From assembly GCA_951406725.2 (NCBI GenBank), contig OX597816.1, forward strand, positions 77,314,001-77,378,000: 64,000 bases of DNA, read 5' to 3'. The stretch comes from Octopus vulgaris (lineage: Eukaryota). A program made the position numbers and the translations under genes. This document shows positions 54,533 to 64,000 of the stretch, piece by piece; the stretch's first letter is position 1; the number at the start of each line of letters is the position of its first letter. The notes beneath the pieces were generated by a model. That model ran no database searches, was not told the DNA's origin, and was given only the letters and a program-made list of their open reading frames with translations.

Positions 54533-57229
54533 CATAACAGGTAGAGTGTCAGCTTGGCACAGATGTTACATACATGATTACCCCTAACATCAAGAGGAGC
54601 CGGTTGTTGGTCCTCATGCACTTTCATGTGTTGTTTCACGCCCCCAACTGATAGGCAATCCTTACCGTATTCATGGTATGTTGTGTTGTGCAAAGAACAA
54701 TCCAAGTCAACTCCCTGTATATGACTACTTTTGTAGTCGCCCACATTTCCTGGAAATATCACGTCCATACATACATACATACATACATACATACATACAT
54801 ACATACATACATACATACATACATACATACGCACGTATACACACACGAACACATATATCCTATCTCATGCAATCGAGTGAGTCACTTCGTAGTCACTACC
54901 CTCCAAGGAATAATAGCCGCATCTTGCTCAAATCACATACTAGCGTCTTTAAAAAGCATTCAAAACGAAAAGGACATCCTATAAAAACAGAATCGTCATA
55001 ACGGGAATGCTTTTTAATAATAGGTCTTATTTATCGGGCTTAACAACAACAACAAAAACATATTCTGCCATTCCTCGGCATTTTCAGAGCTAAATTATCG
55101 AACGATTTCGAGTTGTTTTTCCGAAGCTCATAGAAGAATTTGAACCTTGTACCACAGTTTAATACCAAAAAATAGTACGCGGTTACAAACAAAATTGTTC
55201 GAAAATATGGGTAAAAAATAAGTTCGAAGCTCAGAGACAAGGCTATGATGGACTGGTTTCAGATTCTGATGGAAACCAATTTATTTCAGTTATAAAAGTT
55301 AAGCATTTCACGGGGCCTTTTCCTCTATTCTCTTTTGACAATGACTAGAGATACATTGTATTATGCTCTAATGTTGGAAGGATTAAGTACAAATATATAA
55401 GTAGTAACAATAAGTGGCTTGAAATTGTTCCACTGAGGATAGAACCAGTAGCTTATGGCTCAGATAAAGGCAAGATGGCACAGTCGTTAGGAGTTTGGTT
55501 AGAATGTCTTGCAGTATTTGTTCCAATTCTCTGTTTCTCAGCTCAAATGCCAACAAATCAACTTTGTCTTTCATCGTTTTGTGGTCAATAAAACTTGAAA
55601 ACGTGCCAGTATACGTCAATGGATTGGTGGAATTGTTATAGGCTCAGATGACAAGCAGTATCTTTTCCGGTATTTTGTGTTCTGACCGCAAGGCCTGTGA
55701 TGACGCTATGGCAAGTTGTATCGACCCAACTCAGTGGCCTTTTCCTTGGATAAATATTCGTGGCGAGGAAAGGGGAAACTTGCATGCATAGACAACTGAG
55801 AGTTTTCCGAAAAAAAAAGTTGTGCCCAGTCCTGCATGTACATGTGCAGATACGTGGACAACTTTAGCTGACGAAGGCTCTGAGTCAGAGCAGTGAGATA
55901 GCACACATTATCTTTTGGCAGATCTTCTGATATTTGATGAAGAAAAAAAGGAAGTTATTCTCTAATCAGAGATTCGTTTAAATATTTGCACTAGAATAGA
56001 CTCCGCTCAAAGATACTGAAATGATCAGGTGGTCATGTTAAACAGGGTGATGGGTTTAGTCCGACACCCATACTTACTATTATTCTAGGATATTCACATG
56101 CAGTAAAGATTTCTAATTTAGACTCAAGTCCATACATGTTTGTGAAGGTCACAAGAGTCAATTGAATCGTGTTTGATTCCTATACTTGGCTAGTAAATAT
56201 TTCTGAACCCTGTAAGAATAAGAATCAGAATTTAAAGGACAAAGCACTGCAAGATATTTTGTTTGCAACTAGATCAATTCTTCTCCTTTATTGATGTTTG
56301 GCCGAGACCCATGGTAAAAATGGGTGGGGAATCATTATCGAATTTTAATGATGTTGAAGTTAACTGAAATAGTAGAATACTGAAACGGATGATTTTATTG
56401 CTTTTAGTTCAGTGGATAGTTGCCATGTGTTCAAATCCCTCTAAGGGTTGACGTTTTAATTTATCCTTATGAGAGTGATAAAGCAGAAGCACCAGTAAGT
56501 ACTGAGGTATAAACAATTGCCTACTCTCTTCTACGATAAACGGTTATATTTGTTGTTTATACTCAGGCCGTCGCTATATTCAAAGGCATTCCAACACTGA
56601 CCGTCTCATCACATTTTTCGCCTTAATTTATCCAAAACTACACCGTCCAATGCGCCTTCATTTTCTTAAGGCAGCAGAAGATATTTGATTACTATTTCTA
56701 GCAAGTCGAACGACCACATTGCGATTTGGTCGAAATTTAGCTGCTATTTTCGATAGATCGAGAGACTAAATGGAATTTCTCTTGCTGACTTGTGCAATAA
56801 CATTTATTTCTAGAACGTCGAATAATGTATTGGCTTGATATTCTAAAAATATTCTTAATAGATACGCGCAGTCGAAGCTATCTCGTCAAGAAGTTCTATT
56901 CGCAACTACGTGGCTTCAGTTTCCGTCAACATTGCGGAAATTTGGGCAAATGTTTTCAGCAGTAGTTTTGGGCCTTATAAGTAAGATCTGGGAGATAGAA
57001 ACTGTAGAAATACAACCAGTATACATATATGTGGGTGGGAAGGGGTACTGGCGCGTCAGTTTCGAAGAAATTCTTCTCATGTGGAATTGGTTGCAGCTGT
57101 CATGAAATATTCACTTTTTCTTCTCTTTTCTTTTCCCAAGGGGAAAGTTAATTGCAATAAATCATGAATTGATCTTGTATGATATTTGATATACTCCATT
57201 CATCCAACCATCTTCTCTGTCCATTGTTT

Positions 57230-58520
57230 CGGGGAGGGTCATAGGAAAGGAATACTCGGGCACATCCTCCATAGGGTCCTATCAAGTAACCGTCCTTAGA
57301 TTTTCGGGCTGGATTCCCATCTCGTTCTTGGTCTACCCTTGGGTCTCCTACCGGTTGGTTTGGCTTGAAGAATCAGCCATGCCATTCTTTCTTGTGACAT
57401 TCTAATCACATTATCCATAGTATCGGAGCTGAAACCTTTCAATGCGGAGAAGTAGCGTCTCGAACTGGAGAGATTCCCTAATTTCTGAGCCATGCACCCT
57501 ACCGAGTATCTTCGGAGGAACTCCATTTCAGCCTCTTGTATTTGCAACCGTACTCTTTCGGTCATTACCCAACATTCATAACCACAGGTGTGGATAGGCA
57601 CGAAAACTGAAATGAAGGTAGCGAGTTTGGCTTTCGTGAGATTAGTCTTCGGTCCTAGATGCACCACATGTCTACCGGAAGATCTTATTGTGATCGGATT
57701 TAGGAGATCAGCAAAGTATTCTCTCTCCCTCCCAAGGATTATCTTTCCTGTAGAGAGAAGAATCGCAGCCACGTTCTTAATGGCAAGTGTGGAAGAGGGC
57801 TTCTTGTTATGAAGTCAGTAAATGGTCTACCAGAATATTTTGTTGGCCAATCTAAAGTGAGGGTCCAGCTTGACCCCAAAATCCTCTACCGCATCTTTTC
57901 GTGCCTCAGTGTACCGCCTACGTACAAGGGGAGATTTGTATCCAAGCCAAGTTTGGATACAAGCCAAGTTTTGTAAACCCCATTCTTTGCTTGGAAGGCA
58001 TATTTTACTTCCTGATTCAACCAAGTGGGGTTTTTCCACCTGGTGCCACATCGATCCACTTTCGTTCGCAGCATTTTACAGCCGAAGAAAAACAGACCGA
58101 ACAAAACGATCTCCTCTCCATTTTGACATCCTCAGCTTGTTCAGGAAAGTCTCTAAATTTAAAAGCATTAATGTCTGCATTATTTATTTCTGATTCCATC
58201 ATCCGCCAGGACTTCCTGCTTTATCCTGACTTATCAATCTTGTGAATTCTCCTTCTTGTAGATAGTCTCAGGTTGCTGACAACTAGGCGGGGATCAGTTG
58301 ATAGCTCTGCTCATATCTTTGCACGAATGTCCTGCACTGAATCAAAGAGATCAGAGACGATAACGAAATCTGCCAGTGACCTCTGACCGTAAGTATCCCT
58401 ATACCAGGTGTACTTATGGAAGAATGTGCTCTTAATGGAGAACCCATTTCCACATAGAAATCCAGTAGGGCTTCTCCATTTGCATTGAGTTCATGGTGAA
58501 ACCATCTCACATGATTTCTG
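57230..58520 (-). pseudogene. RTE-clade LINE fragments (endonuclease part and C-terminus)
   Basis: LNANGEALLDF, TCGYECWVMTERVRLQIQEAEMEFLRR, GRRPKGRPRTRW; no RT core motifs seen between them, suggesting an internal deletion. Confidence 0.82.
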
Positions 58521-58690
58521 AGGCATTGAATTGTAAAAGCCGTTCGAGCGACGAATAGATTGCCTCGTAGGATTTGTTGCGATTCTCTGCTCTCGGTGTT
58601 TAAATCCCCTGTGGCCAATTTTGTCTTTCATCCCATTAGGGTCAATTAAAATAAAGCAGAAGTCAAGCACAGGAGTATTTTTCATCTCTC

Positions 58691-58772
<82 letters not shown>

Positions 58773-59817
58773 CATCCCTACCCCCACATCTCTCCTCTAT
58801 CCCATTCTCTTTATCCCTCTCTCCACTTCCTTCTCTTTATCCCTCCCTCTATCTATCTATCTATCTCCCTCACTCTCTCTCTCTCCTTCCTTCTCTTTAT
58901 CCCGCCCACTCTCTCTCTCTCCTTCCTTCTCTTTATCCCTCCCTCTCTTAGTCTCTCATCTCACTAAATCAGTTATGCGAATAGGTGAAGGGGCCAAGAT
59001 AGGGTTGTTTGCATCAAAGCCTCACAACTTTCTTAGAACCACTTTGTGAATACCAGAACAAATATATCACCAGGAAGGATTATAAACTTCGCAACATACC
59101 CCGCCAGTTTTCTTTTGTAAAAATTAAGATCTTGTCTTTAGACAAAAACAAAAGCTATATTCATAATGAAATTTGAATTCTCTTCATAAACTAGTCTTTC
59201 TCCAAAAACGTATGACCTTTCGTTTAATAAGGACAGTGATCGATTTAATACCAAATATGCCCGACCTCTTACCAAACTGAGAAATCATGATTATTCAAGT
59301 AGTCAAACCGACGCCAAAATTAATGTTTATATAAAAACAAAAAGAGAGAGAGAGAGAAATATATAACCTTATCAAGCATTGACGTGTTTCTGGCAGATAA
59401 AGTTTATTTCAATGATCATAAAGATAAATATAATTACAACAGCAATACATGGGTAGATGTGTATGGAGCTACCGTGTATGAATAGAGGAGATAAACTAAA
59501 CAGCTTTAAGTTGATTCTCGCTCTCTCTTTTTCTGTTTGTTTAATTGCCTGTTTGCCAAATAAATCATATTGCCATTCACATCCAAGGAATTAGCTCTCT
59601 CACACACACATATAGATACATGCATACATACATAAATATGTATGTATGTACCCTGGGTTTCTTGCCATAAAGATATTATTTATTGGGTATCATTAGACCC
59701 TAAGAATTTGTTAGCCTATGGCCTCTTTAAAGTATCTATATATATAAAATCCTAATAAGACAAAGAAATAATAATCAGTTACAGTTATTTCTGTACCAAC
59801 TCAACTTTCAACACTAT

Positions 59818-59909
59818 TTCTTCTTCTTCTTCTTCTTCTTCTTCTTCTTCTTCTTCTTCTTCTTCTTCTTCTTCTTCTTCTTCTTCTTCTTCTTCTTCTT
59901 CTTCTTCTT
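59818..59909. repeat. (TTC)n microsatellite
   Basis: About 30 pure units. Confidence 0.97.
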
Positions 59910-60143
59910 TGTGTGAACTGGCTTTGAAATCAGAATTGGGATAGAAACTGATCATTAAAGATGTATTGTCGACTTATTTGGATTATATTTTAATCTTTCC
60001 TAAATCCACAATACGGATTTACCGTTGTAAAACTCGGATTTTCTACACCTGAAGAATTTCGGTATTAGTCTGGAATTCGACAACGTAGGTAACCTAAGGT
60101 TCGGGTTGAGTGTTGCATTGGAAATATCCTACCTTTATGCCTT

Positions 60144-60206
<63 letters not shown>

Positions 60207-60684
60207 TGTGTGTATGTGTATAAAATTATTTTATAATATCCTGATAGCTTTCTGTTTTTAACAATAAACGAATCTAAGAGATATTTTCTCAAGACGAGTT
60301 TAGAAGGCTTCCAACTTATATACACTTTAAGAATGTATATTGATCACTAGTTTTGAACGAATATTGCCTCGATTTTTGTTCATCTAATCAGCTAAATGCG
60401 ACATCAGTGACATTTCAATCTGGCAGCCGATGTTTGTTTGAGATGAGATGTTTCGTGGATATTTGCAGCTGATGAAGATAACAAGCAGAAATCCATATCC
60501 AGTAATTTCGCCACCAATACTGGATGACTTCCGCCTGCTTCTGATATTTTAGTGTTTTTAATAATGTCTATAAGAGATATTTTCTCAAAACGCATATCGT
60601 AGTTTAGAAGGCTTTCGGCATGTACACTGTTTAAGTACGCTCACGAGTCACTAATATTATATTGTATTATATTATATTATATTA

Positions 60685-61360
60685 TAAAGCGGCTAGTTGG
60701 CAGAGTCGTAAACACGCTGGACAAAATTTTTTTAAGCGGCTTTTCGTTCATCTTTACAATCTGAGCTCAAATTCAGCCGAGGTCGACTTCGCCTTTCATC
60801 CTTTCGTGACCGTTAAAATAAGTACGATTTGCGCACTAGAGTCGATGGAATTGACTAGTCTCTCCCGACAAAATTATTATACCTATAATAGAAAGGAATA
60901 TTATATAATATTATATTATATAATATTATATTATATAAGGCTGCGACCTGGCAGAATAGTTAGCACACTAGACAAAATTCTTAGCGGCATTTCGTCCCTA
61001 TTTATGTTCTCTGTTCAAATTCCTCTGAGGTCGACTTTGTCTTTCTTCCTTTTGAGGACGACAAAATAAGTACCAGACAAGCACTGAGGTTGATATAATC
61101 GACTTACTTCTCTCCCTAACATGCTGACCTTTTGCCAAAATTTGAAACCAATATTATATTATAATCGTTAGCACACTAGACAAAACGTTTAGCGGCATCT
61201 CGTCTGTTTTTACGTTCTGCGTTCAAATGCCGCTGAGGTCGACGTAGCCTTTCGTTCTTTCGGGATGAATATAATAAGCACCAGTTTCGCACTGGGGTCG
61301 ATGTAATCGATAATATTGTTACCCGTGAATTTCTGGCCTTGTGCTTATAATAGAATGGCT
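60685..61360 (+). mobile_element. Three head-to-tail SINE family B copies
   Basis: Copies at about 60685-60870, 60937-61150 and 61165-61360, each preceded by (ATATT)n-like spacers. Confidence 0.85.
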
Positions 61361-61529
61361 GGTTATTATTATTCAGGTGTTATTTTTATTGCGTACTTTT
61401 ACTACACTGCAGAGAGCAACTCTATGTTCCACGGGTATGTGCACTATTTTGTTTCGGTGCTGTTTTTGTTTTGTTTTTTTTTGTTTTTGTTTTTTTTTTT
61501 ACTGTAGTGAAAATACCCTAAAGAATATG

Positions 61530-62160
61530 TACGCTTTACTTAGAAGTTCTATTTTCTATATGCAATGCACATTTATTAGTCCTGAGATTTGGGTTATGCA
61601 TCTCTCTCTGTGTTTCATTGTCATTTCCAAAGCACCTGTTCTTACAGAGATTGTTTCTGTTCTCAGACCAAACATTTGGGTTATCTCTATTTCCAAGTCT
61701 TTATATTTACATAGTTTCTCCATTTTCTTCAGTATCATGTATTGAGGCTGGTTATGAGGTATTTCTTTTACTAGTGGCAAGCACATCTGATGAATGCATT
61801 CTTAACTCTATAATGTCTGTGAATCTACTTTTTCTTGATTAAAACTGGGCATCCTGAAACAGTATGGCTGCGTGTTTCTTTTTCATTTCTACATATTCCG
61901 TTCTTTCTATATTCCACTTTATTATATGCTTTTAGTGGTTTCTGATGAGATGGCTTCCATCCTGTACAACAATCAAGGATCCTTGAGAAGCGCGATTCTC
62001 CCTTAAGACTCGTGCCTCTCAATTACTTTTAGGATTTTTTCTTTATTAACTTCCACCCCCTTCATGTTTTTCTCAATATTTTCTTATCACCGTTTAATCA
62101 TGGTATTGTGTAGTTCCAGTTTTAGATCAGGCTTTAGGTATTTCACGATTTCTCTCTCCT

Positions 62161-62228
<68 letters not shown>

Positions 62229-63230
62229 CTCTCTCTCTCTCTCTCTCTCTATTTATCTATCTATCTATCTTTCTCTCTCTTTCATAGCTATCAGTTATTC
62301 TGCTTTGTATTTGTTAGCTTCCTTGAAGACAGAAGCAGGTTTTTTTATTTATTTTGTTCCTGTTTCATGGCTATTTGTGTAAATCTATCATGATTCTGTA
62401 CTAGATATTCTACAGTGGACATTTTTTATATTTTGCTTTGTATTTGTAGTAAATATAGTCTTTCTATATCAAATTTTGGGTTGTGTATTCTAAATGCCGT
62501 CATTATTTTCTATGTTTTCTTGTCAAGTCTTGCGAGTTCGTTTAGCGCCCAGATGAGAATGTTTAAAACTGTAGCTTATAGCTGGGTCATATAAAACATT
62601 GATATATTTCCCTTTCTTTTTTTTTTTGTATTTAGGTCCGTTTTAAATATTAGTCTAATATGTCTATAATATTGCTTCCTTGTGTGTTTTTTCTTTCATT
62701 TGTGCGTGTTCCGCCTTATCTAGTTCATATATTCCCAAAATATTTGTATATCTGCAATTGATCTAATTCCCTTATCTTAGTTCCTTATTAGTATAGTATT
62801 AGTGTCATTTATTTCCCTCTCTTCAAGGTCACCATGGCGCATTTTCCTAACCCAGATCTCATATTGATTTCTTTGCTAACTCCGTGCCCTGTCTGCTGTA
62901 ACGTTTCTAGTTGCTTATCATTTGCAGCATCCCACTTTAGATAACCCATATACAGAAATCGTTGGTTTATTTTCCACTGGATTTGTACCCTCGTCCATTT
63001 CTGCTTAACATGTCAGTTAAAGATATCAATGCCAGTCAGAAAGGATTGGAAAGAGTAGGTCCTCTTGAAATATTCCTCTACTAATCAGGAAGATTTACTT
63101 CTTTATAATTCCGTCATTTGTCGGTAACTCAAAACAGTTTGTCGTTTACTCACGAGATATTTCATATATCTTCTTATTGCTGGTGCAATTTTACTCATGA
63201 CTAGTGTTTCCAGGATCCACAGTTTTTCGG
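61530..63230 (-). pseudogene. Old degenerate R4/Dong-type LINE (RT, zinc knuckle and RLE remnants)
   Basis: RGIFQEDLLFP (RGIFQGDSLSP-like), YMGYLK (YMDDLK-like), CRNEKETRSHTVSGCPVL, KYKDLEIEITQMFGLRTETISVRTGALE. Confidence 0.8.
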
Positions 63231-63515
63231 ATTTTTTGTGCAATAAGTTCAAATTAAGCATTCCCCAATCAATAAACCTGAGCTAAAAAATACATTTATT
63301 TTACTTTTATTATTTGTTAATTTTTATCTCAGATGTGTGTGTGCGTTTGATGGTGAAGATAGAGAGAGAACCTGATGCTAATACGGACCGTGCTCCGATG
63401 GACTTGTATGTACGCGGAATAATAAAGTTGGATTTTGTAAACTTTTGTAATACATCCTTTATATTAGGGAGATATAAATAAATTTTTGAAAGTATTATTT
63501 ATGAAGTTATCTTAT

Positions 63516-63579
<64 letters not shown>

Positions 63580-64000
63580 GCACGTCGTTGTCGGCTCCTC
63601 CACGTTTCCGAGTATTTCTTTCTTCAGTGAAAAAATGCTCGTGGCGTGGTTGCCAGGAAGTGTCCCATGCACAGTGGTCTTGAAGATATCCTTTGCGGCA
63701 CATTTAAAATATGATATGCAGAACTATGATTGAAACTGGAATGTACTGTCAACAGCCCAGGTGTTGCTTGAGCTGCGCTTTCATAGTCGGTCCGTCGGTC
63801 CCTCTTCCGTAAGTTCACTCGTTGATATCATAAGTCTTCATCTGTCTCCTGCCATTGGAGATTTTGAGTATAGATTTTTTAAAGATATGCTCCTCTAAAT
63901 CTACTCAGCTCAGTGAGAGCAGACTATCTCTAAAACAGTTTTAGATAGGACGGTATTACTACTAAGTCGGGGTTTCCCTGAACACGATTGATCGTTTAGG

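Noticed and set aside
60260-60650. Degenerate direct repeat (TAAGAGATATTTT..CTCAA..AGTTTAGAAGGCTT twice)
   Set aside because: Only two diverged copies; not a CRISPR-like or regularly spaced array.
63580-63830. Candidate downstream exon or zinc-knuckle relic
   Set aside because: No convincing phase-1 exon with good splice sites, and the CCHC pattern is incomplete.

Overview
AT-rich, microsatellite-dense eukaryotic DNA. The SINE families and repeat landscape look like a coleoid cephalopod (octopus-like); this is inferred from recall, not a search. Only one host coding segment is supported: a large, probably first coding exon (splice acceptor at 42980, ATG at 43151, GTAAGC donor at 45024) encoding about 624 aa of low-complexity, unrecognised protein. 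The rest is intergenic or intronic and contains: a full-length disrupted IR/DR Tc1 (DD34E) element; a DD34D mariner carrying a nested TTAA-flanked MITE and a Penelope-like segment; two DD37D/maT-like relics; two Helitron-like elements; R4/Dong-type LINE fragments, one inserted in (TAA)n; RTE LINE fragments; Penelope GIY-YIG relics; and at least three tRNA-derived SINE lineages. The most notable signal is several unrelated short repeat families, mostly flanked by (TA)n, that carry minimal type-I hammerhead-ribozyme folds with palindromic stem III. These include one canonical core at 10203-10244, a U4C variant at 41068-41105 and a multi-copy family with a CUGUnGA core. Also notable are a 272-bp spacerless palindrome and several templated micro-duplications. 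Most short ORFs in the supplied track are microsatellite artefacts.
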